Shown here: positions 48,655 through 62,900 of the stretch, piece by piece
How the letters are laid out: every line of letters starts with the position of its first letter
Position numbering within the stretch: the first letter of the stretch is position 1
DNA from: Malacoraja senta
Taxonomy: Eukaryota
Direction: 5' to 3'
Assembly: GCA_038087875.1 (NCBI GenBank)
Contig: CM075992.1
Coordinates: 12,464,001-12,528,000, forward strand
Length of the DNA stretch: 64,000 nt
The notes under the pieces: model-generated
What the model saw: the letters and a program-made list of their open reading frames with translations, nothing else
Told to the model about the DNA's origin: nothing
Database searches by the model: none
Translations under genes and position numbers: made by a program

Positions 48655-51600
48655 GGCAGGGAGAGATGGCGACCGATGGGGACAGACGAACCGGAAAAGG
48701 GGGAACCGGGAGGAAAGAGAGGAGACCGCGTCACCAGAACCGGAGGTGATGCGGGATCAGGAGCGGGCAGAGCGCGGGCAGGCGAGTGAGGACTAGCCGG
48801 AGTAGGGTGGGATGGAAGGAGTTGAGGTGGTGTAGACCGTTGCGTGTTAGGAAGGACGGGCAGAGCATCGCCCGGACGCGGAAACTGCAGTGGGGGAGCA
48901 AAGGGATCCGCGGCAGGCGGCCGAGGCTCGTTGACGAAGCGAAGGTGCTGGCGGGACCGTCGGTAAATGGTTCCCGCATGGTCGACGAGATAAGACCTGG
49001 GCGACCCCGCAGAGCCGATGACGGTAGCGAGCTTGGAGTGACGGGAAGGGGTCTGCATGCGGACAACTTGACCGGGGAAGAGGCGCGGCAGCGGGTGGCA
49101 GGACCTGTCATGGGAACGTTTCTGAACCGCAGCAGGCGTGAGGACAGACGGTATGAGGGAGCGCTGGGCCACAGGGAGCGGGAGTCTGGTAGCGCGAGAC
49201 ATGAGCCGCTGAGCAGGGGAACCCATGGCAGAGTCGCGGGAGATGTTGCGGAGGTTGAGGAGGGCCAGATAGAAATCGGAGTTGGATAAACGACATTGTT
49301 CCAGCAAGTTCTTTCCACTGCGGACGGCGCGCTCGGCCAGACCGTTGCTTTGCGGGTACTCCGGGCTGCTGGTGAAATGGTGGAAGTTCCATCTGGAAGC
49401 GAAAGCTTTAAACTCGGAGCTCGTAAACTGGCTGCCATTGTCCGACTGCAGGCTTGCCGGGGGGCCAAAAGTGCCAAAATGATGGCCTAACCTGTCGATG
49501 ACGGCCGAAGAGGTTAGGGAGTGCAGCCGGTCGACCTCGAACCAGCTGGAGTAGGAGTCAACGAGAACCAGGAAGTGTTTGCCCCGCCACTCGAAAATGT
49601 CGACGGCAACCGCCATCCATGGCAGTTCGGGGGCAGGCTACTGCAGACGCGGCTGTCGCTGCTGGTGGGGGGCAAGACTGTTGCAGGTGGAGCACGAGGA
49701 GACCCTCTCCCGGATGTATTGGGCCATACCAGGCCAATAGAACTGGCTCTGGGCGCGAGACACGGTGGCTTCGGCCCCAGGATGTCCGCGGTGAGCGACC
49801 TGAAAATAGTGGTCGTGCAGCGCAGCAGGCACGACCACCTTGTGACCCTTCACCACCACGCCGTCGTGTACTACGAGCTCGTCACGGACCAGGAAGTAGG
49901 GCACGGCGCCAGCCGGCAACGCGGAACGAAGGTCGGGCCAGCCCCGCTGGATGACGGCAGAAAGCTGTTGCAGGGCAGGGTCATTGGCAGTGTGTTCAAC
50001 CAGGGACTTCATCTGCTGTGAAGGGACGATGTTCACTTGGAGCACCATCAGATCAGACATCTCATAGGGGTGGCGAACGGTGGACGTTAGCGGGGCGCGA
50101 GACAACGTGTCAGCCACGAACATGTCCTTGCCCTTACGATAAACCACATTGAAAGTGAATACGCTGCAGGCGGGATGAGGCAACATGGATCGACTTGTTG
50201 AGAATGGTGACAAGCGGCTGGTGGTCAGTTTCAATGGTTAAAGTGTTGCCCAGGACGTAGTCTTTGAGTTTGGAGCAGGCAAACACCACGGCCAGTAGCT
50301 CCTTCTCGATCTGCGCGTAGTGCTGCTCGGTGGCGGTCATGGTGCGGGATGCGAAGGAGACAGGCAGCTGTAGGCCGTCATGGACATGGAGACAGGCGGC
50401 GCCGAGTCCGAATTGAGAGGCGTCCCAGGTGAGGACAATGGGACGCTGCAGGTCAAAAAACTGGAGTGTGGGGGTACTGATTAGCTTGGATTTAAGGATG
50501 TCGAAGGCTTTCTGGTGGTGGGGGAACCAAACCCAGGACATGTCCTTTTTCATCAAATCCCTCAGGGCAGCGCTGAGCTCGCTGAGGTCGGGGATGAACT
50601 TCCCCAGGTAGTTCACCATGCCCAGGAAGCGTTGTAGGCCTGCCACATCAGTAGGAGAAGGCATCCCGGAAATGGCAGCCGTTTTTTGCGGGTCCGGTTT
50701 CAGCCCCTCGGCGGTAAATACATGTCCAACATAGGTGACCTCCGGGACGCGAAATCGGCACTTCTTGTGGTTCAGTTTCAAGTTGATTTCCCGGGCCCGG
50801 TCTAGGACCTGGCGGAGGTTGAAGTCGTGTTCGGCGACATCCTTACCGTAAATGAGGATGTCGTCAACGATGATGGCGCACGGTAGATCGGAAAAAAGCT
50901 GTTCCATTGACCGATGGAATACTCGCTGGCAGAGTTGATTCCGAATGGCATTCGGAGAAACCGAAAACTGCCGAAGGGGTTGGCGAAAGTTGTCAAGATG
51001 GAGGACTGCTCGTAAAGTGGTATTTGCCAGAAGGAGCTTTTGGCATCGAGGACAGAAAAGACCGTTGCCGGACCAACCTGTGCAGCGACTTCCTCTACCG
51101 TTCTCATAGGGTAGTGTGGGCGTCTAATGGCCAGGTTGAGGTCTTTGGGATTGATGCAAATGCGTATCTCGCTTTTGTCCTTTTTCGCGGCAACAACCAT
51201 GGTGGAGACCCACCTGGTGGGCTCGATGACCGCCTTTAGGATGCCCATTTTTACCATGCTGTGTAGCGTCGACTCCACTCTGGCCTTCATGGCGAAGGAG
51301 ACACGGTGAGGTGCATTGACCACTGGTTCGATCTTGTACTACAATCTTGTAGTTGCAGGGCAGTTTTCCCAGCTCATCATCAAAGCGGTCGGGGTATTCG
51401 CCCAACGGGTCCATGAGGGCCTGCACCTGGTGAATGTCACGGTGGAAGGATACCAGGCCCATTTCCTGGCATGCTTGGATACCCAACAGAGTAATGCATT
51501 TTTGATCGAGGAGATAGAAGGTGAGGGGCCGAGAGGACTCCAGTATCTTGCAGCTTAGCGTAGCCTTTCCCACAGGTGTCAGGACCCCTCCCACGTAAGC

Positions 51601-52693
51601 ATGCAAAGTTGAGCTGTCAGAAAAACCTGCTCAATAGTTCTTATCTTTTTGAAGAGTGTTGTTGACATAACGTTCGCAAACGCCCCGGTATCAATCTTAG
51701 CAGTGAAGGTCGAGTTGTTCACAGTTACTCGCACTGAAGGGTCTGTTATCATAGCAGGTGCGTCCAATACAGTAAACAGGCTGTTCTCCCACTGAGAGGA
51801 GTCGGATTCAGATACAGACCGTCCGTCGAAATAGCACGGGGAGCTGAGCTCACTTTCAGCTTGTACCAAGTTGTTTAAAATGCACCTCGGAGCAGCGAAA
51901 GGCTTCCCACGGGAACGACAGGCCGCAGCGAAATGGTTCAATTTCTTGCAGACATTACACGTTTTACCCAAGGCAAGGCATACATTGTATTGATGAGTCG
52001 TGAAGTTACAATTAGGGCACCTTTGCCGGGCACGTCCCCCGGGAGCAGTTCCGAAACTCGGGGCATGTCCCCATTGAGCAGTGAGCGACCCCGGGGGTCG
52101 CGACCGGGGCGTGTTCATCAGACGGCTGGAAGTGCTGGCAAGGTTAATATCATGGTCAGCCGGTGACACCGCCGAGGTGACAGCCTCAGCCAAGCGGGTG
52201 GCGTGCATTGCATCGTTAAAAGTCAGACCGGGCCTCCGCAAAAGTTCGGCCCTGAGCTTATCGTCGCGTAGACCGTAAACCAGAAGATCCCTAATAATCT
52301 CCTCGGGGGTCAGCGTGTTGAGGCGGCACCGCCTGGCCAGGTGCCGCAGCGCAGCGGCATTGTTCTCTGCAGATTCCCCAGGGAGCTGACGCCGCGCGAA
52401 CAGTTTCAAACGTTCTAAGATGCAGTTTGTTGGAATGTCACAAATAGCACTAAACTTAGCCACCAGACATACCGGGTCACGAGCAGACTCTCTCTCAGTG
52501 TAGACGAAGAAGTCTGAGCGAGCCAGGGCCTCGGGACCAGCCAAGTTGAGGAGCAGAGAGGCTGTGAGCTCTGGGGTGGCGGCAGGATGAGCGATCGTGA
52601 CATAGTGGTCAAAGTCACGTCTGAAGACATCCCATCGATGGGCATATCAGTATCGAAAAGGAGCACATCAGGCTTACGGGCAGAAGTGGCCAT
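48655..52693 (-). pseudogene. gag-pol of the Gypsy element, broken by several frameshifts
   Basis: Consecutive ORF pieces 52415-52723, 51579-52544, 51124-51606, 50802-51323, 50134-50907, 49638-50234, 48655-49616. Confidence 0.9.
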
Positions 52694-52789
52694 AACGAGG
52701 AAATGAGAGGGTTGGGGAAACAAAAAACTGGGATAAAATTAATTGATAAACCGGTAGACAGGAGGCGCAAGGTAAGAGGTATGACACCT

Positions 52790-52993
52790 TGTAAAGACGT
52801 TCTAATGACATATCGTTACTTTACTATCTTTATTCATACTGGAGCATTACATATTGCACTAGCTGTACGTGGTCTGTCACAGGAACTAGAGAGCGATCAG
52901 TGGGTGGGGAGGTTGTAGTTATACTTGTGATATGGGGAGTGGTTAGTAGTGATGAGGTCACTATGTTAAAGGCACATGCATATATCATCTACA
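52790..52993 (-). repeat. 5' LTR (204 bp)
   Basis: Minus strand TGTA...TACA termini, internal AATAAA (plus-strand tttatt ~52829-52834), followed by the PBS-like AGGTGTCA (52789-52782). Confidence 0.75.
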
Positions 52994-54681
52994 GAGGCCC
53001 AGGGCAGTTTACTGTTCTGGATGTCAGATGCATTGTATCCAGGGTAAGGGGGGAGTATGTGGGCCAGGGAATTTTACTGTTCTGGATGTCAGATGTATTG
53101 TATCCACGGTAAGGGGGGAATATGAGGGCAAGGGCAGTTTACTGTTCTGGATGTCAGATGTATTATATACAGGGTAAGGGGGGAGTATGAGGCCCAGGGC
53201 TGTTTACTGTTCTGGATGTCAGATGTATTGTATCCAGAGTAAGGGGGAGTATGAGGGCCAGTGCAGTTTACTGTTCTGGATGTCAGATGTATTGTATCCA
53301 GGGTAAGGGGGGAGTATGAGGGCCAGGGCAGTTTACTGTTCTGGATGTCAGATGTATTGTATCAAGGGTATGGGGGGAGTATGAGGGCCAGGGCAGTTTA
53401 CTGTTCTGGATGTCAGATGTATTGTATCCAGGGTAAGGGGGGATTATGAGGGCCAGGGCAGGTTACTGTTCTGGATGTCAGATGCATTGTATCCTGGGTA
53501 AGGGGGGAGTATGAGGCCCAGGGCAGTTTACTGTTCCGGATGTCATATATATTATATCCAGGGTAAGGGGGAGTATGAGGGCCAGGGCAGTTTACTGTAC
53601 TGGATGTCAGATGTATTGTATCCAGGGTAAGGGGGGAGTAAAAGGGCCAGGGCAGTTTACTGTTCTGGATGCCAGAGGTATTGTATCCAGGGTAAGGGGG
53701 GAATATGAGGCCCAGGGCAGTTTATTGTTCTGGATGTCAGATTATTGTATCCAGGGTAAGGGGGGAGTATGAGGGAGAATGATGGCAGTTATTGTTCTGG
53801 ATGTCAGATGTATTGTATCCAGAGTAAGAGTGGAGTATAAGGGCCAGGGCAGTATACTGTTCTGGACGTCAGATGTATTGTATCCAGGGTAAGGGGGAGC
53901 ACGAGGCCCAGGTCAGTTTACTGTTCTGGATGTCAGATGTATTGTAACTAGGGTAAGGGGTGAGTATGAGGCCCAGGGCAGTATACTGTTCTGGATGTCA
54001 GATGTATTGTATCCAGAGTAAGGGGGAGTATGAGGGCCAGTGCAGTTTACTGTTCTGGATGTAGATGTATTGTACCCAGGGTAAGGGGGGAGTATGAGGG
54101 CCAGGGCAGTTTACTGTTCTGGATGTCATATGTATAGTATCCAGGGTAAGGGGGGAGTATGAGGGCCAGGGCAGTTTACTCTTCTGGATGTCAGATGTAT
54201 TGTATCCAGGGTAAGGGGGGAGTATGAGGGCCAGAGCAGGTTACTGTTCTGGATGTCAGATGCATTGTATCCTGGGTAAGGGGGGAGTATGAGTCCCAGG
54301 GCAGTTTACTGTTCCGGATGTCATATATATTATATCCAGGGTAAGGGGGGAGTATGAGGGCCAGGGCAGTTTACTGTTCTGGATGTCAGATGTATTGTAT
54401 CCAGGGTAAGGGGAGAGTAAAAGGGCCAGGGCAGTTTACTGTTCTGGATGTCAGATGTATCGTATCCAGTGTAAAGGGGGGAGTATGAGGGCCAGGGCAG
54501 TTTACTGTTCTAGATGTCAGATGTATTGTATCCAGTGTAAGTGGTGAGTGTGAGGGCCAGGGCAGTTTAATGTTCTGGATGTCACATGTATTGTATCCAG
54601 GGTAAGGGGGGTGTATGAGGCCCAGGGCAGTTTACTGTTCTGTATGTCAGATGTATTGTATCCATGGTAAGGGGGGAGTAT

Positions 54682-57600
54682 TCGGGAAATGGCGGCAGTG
54701 GAGCGGAGTCGGAATGACGGCTCCCGTTAGCGAGTTAGCCGATTGCGGTAAACTCGCGGTAAAATCGGACCTCGGACCTCGGACGAAGTCACGACTCACC
54801 ACTCGGCGAGGGACCACTGTAGTCTCCGGCGTTTGGCCGTCTTCAACCGTTGAATCGGCTAAGCCTGCGGCCTACACCGCTAGCCGCTCGATCCCTGCAC
54901 GCTGCCCGGAGAGGACGCTGGCGTTGACTGTTCGCCGCTTCTCCGCCCGACATCCCCCCCCCTCTTGTAACCTCTTACGTGTCTGTGCACCGTCGACGCT
55001 GGACGCGTCCCTGGACACCTCCCTGCACCAGCAACGCTGCACGCCCAACCTTGGGCAGCCTCTCTGCACCTGCGCCGCTGGACGGCCCCTGCACGTGCGC
55101 CGCTGGACGGCCGCTGCACCTGCGCCGCTGGACGGCCCCTGCTCCCGCACTGCTGGACGGCCTCTTTGTTCCCTCACTGCTGGACTCCTCGCTGCACCAG
55201 CTCTGGACGGCCTCTCTGCCCACCCACCACTGGCTTCTCTCTCCACCTGCACCGCTGGACGGCCTCTGAGCACCTGCACCGCTCGTCGTCTCGCTGCACC
55301 TGCACTACTGGACGGCCTCTTTGCTCCCTCACTGCTGGACACCTCGCTGCACCCGCTCTACCGGACGCCCTCTCTGCTCACCCACCGCTGGCCTCTCTCC
55401 ACCTGCACCGCTGGATGCCTCTCTGCACCTGCACCGCTGGAGGACCTCTCTGCGCCCTCGCTACCGGATACCCATCGCTGCTGGACACCTCTCTTCGACT
55501 TCTCTGCTGGACACCTCTCTGCGCCCTCACCGCTGGACAACCTCTCTGCCGCTTCATCATGATCAAATACTCGGCTCTGCGGCTGATTGGTCTCTCCAAC
55601 AATCACACCCATCCTGCATCCCAATCATTAAACAATTTGGACTTCTACGTCGACCCCGTTACATCCATAGAGGCTCTCGATGCAAGCTTGTCTGCTCCGG
55701 CCATGGACATCCCATTCCATCCATCTGCTCACTATCACGCTCTGCCCCCCACCTCAACCGTGTCACCCCCCATCCCAGCTGACCATATGCACTGTCAACT
55801 GGGACAACCTCAGATCTCTCCAGCATGCCCCCATCCCTCCACCCTCTCACAATGCCAACTTTGCCCTCCTCAACACCCGGTCGCTCAACAACAAAGCCCT
55901 TGCCCTCCATGAACTAATCCTTGACAACACTCTTGACTTCCTTCTGCTCACTGAAACCTGGCAACAACCCAATGTCTTCTTCTCCCTCAACCAAGCATCC
56001 CCATCTGGGTTTAATTATATTTCCAAACCCCGCCCCTCCCGCCATGGAGGTGGCCTCGCTGTTATTTTCAACCAGAACTTTCCGATCGCTGAACTCCCCC
56101 TCCCCCCAGTAGCATCATTTGAATTCCTTGCCATCAAAGCCCTTTCCTCCATGACAGTCATCCTCATTTACCGGCCACCTAAACCAAACCCCTCCTTCCT
56201 ATCTGATTTCACTGAATTCCTCACACTTGTCTCATCTCTCACCACACGTCTGCTGCTACTTGGTGACTTAAACATTCATATGGACTCCCCCACCTGCAAG
56301 TTCGCATCTGAATTCGCTTTTCTACTTGACAACTTCTCTCTCACTCAGCATGTCACCTTTCCCACTCATGACAAAGGTCACATCCTTGACCTGGTCTGCT
56401 CCACAAATCAACCGGTACTCGACCTCCATCCATGCCTCTTCCCCCTCTCGGATCATAAGCTCATACGGTTCACCATCCCTTTTCCGACACCTCACCCCCG
56501 CTTCCTCCGAGCAATCACCTTCCGTAATCTAAAATCTATCGATCCTCACCATCTCTCTGACCTGCTCTCCACCACTCTCCCCCTGGACTCAACCCACATC
56601 TCACCTGATGATCTCACAAACCATCTCAATTCCACCTTGTCTACCTCCCTTAACACTCTGCCCCCCCTCAAAACAAGAACCGCACTTTTAATAAATCTTC
56701 ACCCTGGTACACACCTGCACTTCGTAAACTGAAACAGATTGGTCGCCGACTTGAACGACATAAAGAAATCACCTCTCACATTCCACCATGAATCTTGCAC
56801 ACTCCACCTCACTGCCTACAAAGACGCCCTCATTGCTGCTAAATCTGCATACCTCTCCTCCATATTCACTGACCCCTGCCTAAACCACAGAACCCTCTTC
56901 TCCACAGTCTGCAACCTCCTCAAGCCTCGAGCCATCACTCTCCCTACCTCCACTCCGGATCTCTGCAACTCATTCCTCCACTTTTTTGCTGATAAAATTA
57001 GCACCATCTATCAATCCCTGTCCCCTGTACCCGACTCCCCAGCATCTACTCCACCACCTACCATGGCCCCTCCTTTCAACATATCCGCTGATCTCCATAC
57101 CCCTCCCCCTCACTGCTTCCTCTCCCAGTTTGACCCGGTCACCCCTACTGAAATATCCAAACTCCTCAGCGCTTCCAAAACCCACTACCTGCTCCCTTGA
57201 CTCTTTCCCCACTCCCTGCTGAAGTCCTGCCTCCCAGCTCTCTGCCCCTACCTCACTAATCTTTTCAACTCCTCACTGTCCCAAGGAATTGTCCCCTCTG
57301 CTTTCAAAACTGCTGCTGTCACACCAATCTTAAAGAAACCTGGTCTTGATCCCTCCTCTCTCATTAACTACCGCCCCATCTCAAACCTCCCCTTTCTTTC
57401 AAAAACACTGGAGCGCATCGTCGCGTCACAACTTCATTCCCACCTCCTCGCGTATAACCTATTCGAACCCCTCGAATCTGGCTTTCGCCCCCTCCATAGC
57501 AGAGAAACTGCTCTCCTCAAAGTTCTCAATGACCTCCTCACCTCTGCTGACTCTGGCTCCCTCAATATACTCATCCTCCTCGACCTGAGTGCAGCCTTCG

Positions 57601-58818
57601 ATACCGTCAACCACACCATCCTGCTCACCAAACTTAGGGACCTTGGCATTGAAGGTTCTGCACTCAGCTGGTTCCGTTCTTACCTTTCCAACCGATCCCA
57701 CTTCATCTCTCTCCATAACCACACCTCTGCCACAGCCACTGTCACTCAAGGCGTTCCCCAAGGCTCCGTTCTTGGTCCCCTCCTCTTCATCATCTACATC
57801 CTCCCCCTTGGTCATATACTCCGTCACTTCAACCTGGACTTCCACTGCTATGCTGATGACACCCAGAACTATCTCAGCACCAAAGTCCCCCCACCAACCC
57901 CCTCTCTCCCATATCAACTCCTGCCTATCAGCCATCAAATCTTGGATGCAACTCAACTTCCTTAAATTAAACAGTAGCAAAACAGAATTTCTCCTCATTG
58001 GCTCCAAATCAACTAACTAAAATTAACAACCCCACTCTCACTATCCAAGGCGCACCACTGTCTCCCCATCTCCTCAGGCACGCAACCTTGGCGTGATCCT
58101 TGACTCAACCCCCTCCCTTGAGCCTCACATCCGCCATGTTGTCAAAACATCACTTTTCACCTCCGCAACATTGCAAAAATCAGATCGTCTCTCACACCCC
58201 CCGCTGCTGAAAGACTCATCCATGCCTTCATCTCCTCCCGACTGGACTACTGTAACTCTCTTCTTTTCGGAATCAATTCCAGCAGCATCAAACGACTCCA
58301 ACTGGTCCAAAATGCAGCCGCTCGACTCATTACCCACACCAAATCCTGGCATCACATCACCCCAGTTCTCAAAGAACTTCACTGGCTACCCATTTCCCAC
58401 CGGATCACCTACAAAATCTTGGTCCTCACCTAAAAAGCCCTCAACAACCTGCCCCCCCCTTATCTCATTGACCTCCTCTCCCCCTACCAACCCTCACGGT
58501 CCCTCAGATCCACATCAGCTGGTCTCCTCTCCACTCCGAAATCAAACCTCTGCACTTTTGGAGGCAGAGCCTTCTCCAGGGCAGCTCCCAGGCTCTGGAA
58601 TTCCCTCCCACAACCGGTCCGAAATTATGAGTCCCTCACCATCTTCCAGTCCCGCCTCAAGACCCATCTCTTCACCTCTGCATACCTTTAGTCCCATGTT
58701 CCCCTCCCCTCTGTCTTACTGCTCTATTTTGTTTTGTTTATTCCTGACTCTCAATTGTAAACCGACTTTGAGTCCTGAAAAGCGCTATATAAATAAAATC
58801 TATTATTATTATTATTAT
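54682..58818 (+). mobile_element. Near full-length L2-clade LINE inserted in the satellite
   Basis: GC-rich 5' region with internal repeats, APE and RT coding remnants, 3' tgtaaaccgactttgagtcctgaaaagcgctatataAATAAA and a (TAT)n tail; the satellite resumes in register. Confidence 0.93.
55680..58690 (+). pseudogene. L2 ORF2 (APE endonuclease plus reverse transcriptase), frameshifted
   Basis: LLNTRSLNNK, LTETW, GGGLA, IYRPP, LGDLNIH, HILDLV, SDH; then NYRPISNLPFLSK, LLDLSAAFDTVNH, GVPQGSVLGPLLF, CYADDTQ, SRLDYCNSL. Confidence 0.92.
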
Positions 58819-59315
58819 GAGGGCCAGGGCAGTTTACTGTACTGGATGTCAAATGTATTGTATCCAGGGTAAGCGGGGAGTATGAGGCCCAGGGCAGTTT
58901 TCTGTTCTGGATGTCAGATGTATTGTATCCAGGGTAAGGGGGGAGTATGAGGGCCAGTGCAGTTTACTGTTCTGGATGTCAGTTGTATTGTATCCAGGGT
59001 AAGGGGGGACTATGAGGCCCAGGGCAGTTTACTGTTCTGGACGTCAGATGTATTGTATCCAGGGTAAGGGGGGAGTATGAGGGCCAGGGCAGTTTAGTGT
59101 TCTTGATGTCAGATGTATTGTTTCCAGGGTAATGGGAATATGAGGGAGAATGAGGGCAGTTTACTGTTCTGCATGTCAGATGTATTGTATCCAGGGTAAG
59201 GGGGGAGTATGACGGCCAGGGTAGTTTACTGTTCTGGATGTCAGATGTATTGTATCCAGGGTGAGGGGGAGTATGAGGCCCAGGGCAGTTTACTGTTCTG
59301 GATGTCAGAGGTATT

Positions 59316-59887
59316 TATAAATCAGAGCATTGAATATAGAAGTTGGGATGTAATGTTAAAATTGTACAAGGCATTGGTGAGGCCAATTCTGGAGTATGGA
59401 GTACAATTTTGGTCGCCTAATTATAGGAAGGATGTCAACAAAATAGAGAGAGTACAGAGGAGATTTATTAGAATGTTGCCTGGGTTTCAGCAACTAAGTT
59501 ACAGAGAAAGGTTGAACAAGTTAGGTCTTTATTCTTTGGAGCGCAGAAGGTTAAGAGGGGACTTGATAGAGGTCTTTAAAATTATGAGCGGGTTAGACAG
59601 AGTGGACGTGGATAAGCTTTTCCCATTGAGAGTAGGGAAGATTCAAACAAGGGGACATGACTTGAGAATTAAGGGACAGAAGTTTAGGGGGAACATTAGG
59701 GGAACTTCTTTACTCAGAGAGTGGTAGCTGTGTGAAATGAGCTTCCAGTGGAAGTGGTGGAGGCAGGTTCGATGTTATCCTTTAAAAATAGATTGGATGG
59801 GTATATGGACGGGAAAGGAATGGAGGGTTATGGTCTGAGTGCAGGTAGATGGGAGTAGGGGGAAGTATTTTATTTTTAATTTAAATA

Positions 59888-59918
<31 letters not shown>

Positions 59919-59977
59919 ATGTTCGGCACGGATTTGAAGGGCCGAGATGGCCTGTTTCCGTGCTGTTATGGTTATAT
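59316..59977 (+). mobile_element. 5'-truncated CR1 LINE with 6-bp TSD GGTATT
   Basis: FINQSIEYRSWDVMLKLYKALVRPILEYGVQFWSP..ERVQRRF..LYSLERRRLRGDLI; TSD at 59310-59315 and 59978-59983. Confidence 0.9.
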
Positions 59978-62900
59978 GGTATTGTAGCCAGGGTAACGGG
60001 GGAGTATGAGGCCCAGTGCACTTTACTGTTCTGGATGTCAGATGTATTGTATCCAGGGTAAGGGGGGAGTATGAGGCCCAGGGCAGTTTACTGTTCTGGA
60101 TGTCAGGTGTATTGTATCCAGGGTAAGTGGGGAGTAAGAGGGCCAGGGCAGTTTACTGTTCTGGATGTCAGGTGTATTGTATCCAGGGTAAGTGGGGAGT
60201 ATGAGGCCCAGGGCAGTTTACTGTTCTGGATGTCAGATGTATTGCATCCAGGGTAAGGGGGGAGTAAGAGGTCCAGGGCAGTTTACTGTTCTGGATGTCA
60301 GATGTATTATATCCAGGGTAAGGGGGGAGTATGAGGGCCAGGGCAGTTTACTGTTCTTGATGTCAAATGTATTGTTTCCAGGGTAAGGGGGAATATGAGG
60401 GAGAATGAGGGCAGTTTACTGTTCTGCATGTCAGATGTATTGTATCCAGGGTAAGGGGGGAGTATGAGGGCCAGGGCAGTTTATTGTTCTGGATGTCAGA
60501 TGTATTGTATCCAGCGTAAGGGGGGAGTATGAGGGCCAGGGCAATTTACTGTTCTGGATGTCAGATGTATTGTATCCAGTGTAACGGGGGAGTATGAGGC
60601 CCAGGGCAGTTTACTGTTCTGGATGTCAGATGTATTGTATCCAGGGTAAGGGGGGAGTATGAGGCCCAGGGCAGTTTACTGTTCTGGATGTCAGATGTAT
60701 TTAATCCAGTGTAAGGGGGGAGTATGAGGCCCAGGGCAGTTTACTGTTCTGGATGTCAGATGTATTGTATCCAGGGTAAGGGGGGATTATGAGGGCCAGG
60801 GCAGTTTACTGTTCTGGATGTCAGATGTATTATATCCAGGGTAAGAGGCGAGTATGAGGGCCAGGGCAGTTTACTCTTCTGGATTTCAGTGGTATTGTAT
60901 CCAGGGCAAGGGGGGAGTATGAGGGAGAATGAGGGCAGTTTACTGTTCTGGGTGTCAGATGTATTGTATCCAGGGTAAGGGGGGAGTATGAGGGCCAGGG
61001 CAGTTTACTGTACTGGATGTCAAATGTATTGTATCCAGGGTAAGGGGGGAGTATGAGGCCCAGGGCAGTTTACTGTTCTGGATGTCAGATGTATTGTATC
61101 CAGGGTAAGGGGGGGAGTATGAGGGCCAGGCAGTTTACTGTTCTGGATGTCAGGTGTATTGTATCCAGGGTAAGGGGGGAGTATGAGACCCAGGGCAGTT
61201 TACTGTCCTGGATGTCAGATGTATTGTATCCAGGGTAAGGGGGGAGTAAGAGGTCCAGGGCAGTTTACTGTTCTGGATGTCAGATGTATTATATCCAGGG
61301 TAAGGGGGGGGGGGCCAGGGCAGTTTACTGTTCTTGATGTCAGATGTATTGTTTCCAGGGTAAGGGGGAATATGAGGGAGAATGAGGGCAGTTTACTGTT
61401 CTGCATGTCAGATGTATTGTATCCAGGGTAAAGGGGGAGTATGAGGGTCAGGGCAGTTTACTGTTCTGGATATCAGGTGTATTGTATCCAGGGTAAGGGG
61501 GGAGTATGAGGCCCAGGGCAGTTTACTGTTCTGGATGTCAGATGTATTGTATCCAGGGTAAGGGGGGAGTAAGAGGTCCAGGGCAGTTTACTGTTCTGGA
61601 TGTCAGATGTATTATATCCAGTGTAAGGGGGAAGTATGAGGGTGCAGGGCAGTTTACTGTTCTTGATGTCAGATGTATTGTTTCCAGGGTAAGGGGGAAT
61701 ATGAGGGAGAATGAGGGCAGTTTACTGTTCTGCATGTCAGATGTATTGTATCCAGGGTAACGGGGGAGTATGAGGCCCAGGGCACTTTACTGTTCTGGAT
61801 GTCAGATGTATTGTATCCAGGGTAAGGGGGGAGTATGAGGCCCAGGGCAGTTTACTGTTCTGGATGTCAGATGTATTGTATCCAGGGTAAGGGGGGAGTA
61901 TGAGGCCCAGGGCAATTTACTGTTCTCGATGTCAGATATATTTAATCCAGTGTAAGGGGGGAGTATGAGGCCCAGGGCAGTTTACTGTTCTGTATGACAG
62001 ATGTATTGTATCCAGGGTAAGGGGGGATTAGGAGGGCCAGGGCAGTTTACTCTTCTGGATGTCAGATGTATTATATCCAGGGTAAGAGGGGAGTATGAGG
62101 GCCAGGGCAGTTTACTGTTCTGGATGTCAGATGTATTGTATCCAGGGTAAGGGGGGAGTATGAGGGAGAATGAGGGCAGTTTACTGTTCTGGGTGTCAGA
62201 TGTATTGTATCCAGGGTAAGGGGGGAGTAAGTGGCCCAGGGCAGTTTACTGTTCTGGATGTCAGATATATTGTATCCAGGGTAAGGGGGGAGTATGTGGG
62301 CCAGGGCAGTTTACTGTTCTGGATGTCAGATGTATTGTATCCAGGGTAAGGGTGTAGTATGAGGCCCAGGGCAGTTTACTGTTCTGGATGTCAGATGTAT
62401 TGTATCCAGGGTAAGGGGGGAGTATGAGGGCCAGGGCAGTTTACTGTTCTGGATGTCAGATGTATTGTATCCAGGGTAAGGGGGTAGTATGAGGGCCAGG
62501 GCAGTTTACTGTTCTGGATGTCAGATGTATTATATCCAGGATAAGGGTGGAGCATGAGGCCCAGGGCAGTTTACTGTTCTGGATGTCAGATGTATTGTAT
62601 CCAGGGTAAGGGGGGAGTATGAGGACTAGGGCAGTTTACTGTTCTGGATGTCAGATGTATTGAATCCAGGGTAAGGGGGGATTATGAGGGCCAGGGCAGT
62701 TTAATGTTCTGGATGTCAGATGTATTGTATCCAGGGTAAGAGGGGAGTATGAGGGCTAGGGCAGTTTACTGTTCTGGATGTCAGATGTATTGTATCCAGG
62801 GTAAGGGGGGAGTTTGAGGGCCAGGGCAGTTTACTGTACTGGATGTCAGATGTATTATATCCAGGGTAAGAGGGGAGTATGAGGCCCAGGGCAGTTTACT

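Larger units (their letters stand above)
48655..52993 (-). mobile_element. Ty3/Gypsy LTR retrotransposon (Mag-like), frameshifted; 3' end lost in the gap
   Basis: Domain order gag-PR-RT-RH-IN. Two CCHC knuckles (CPNCNFTTHQYNVC, CNVCKKLNHFAAAC); protease IDTGA; RT LDAKSSFWQI, RMPFGI, IVDD; RNase H DAS..YAQIEKELLA; integrase HRGHPG..CSTC, VDSYS, SDNGSQF, SNGLAERAV. Confidence 0.95.
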
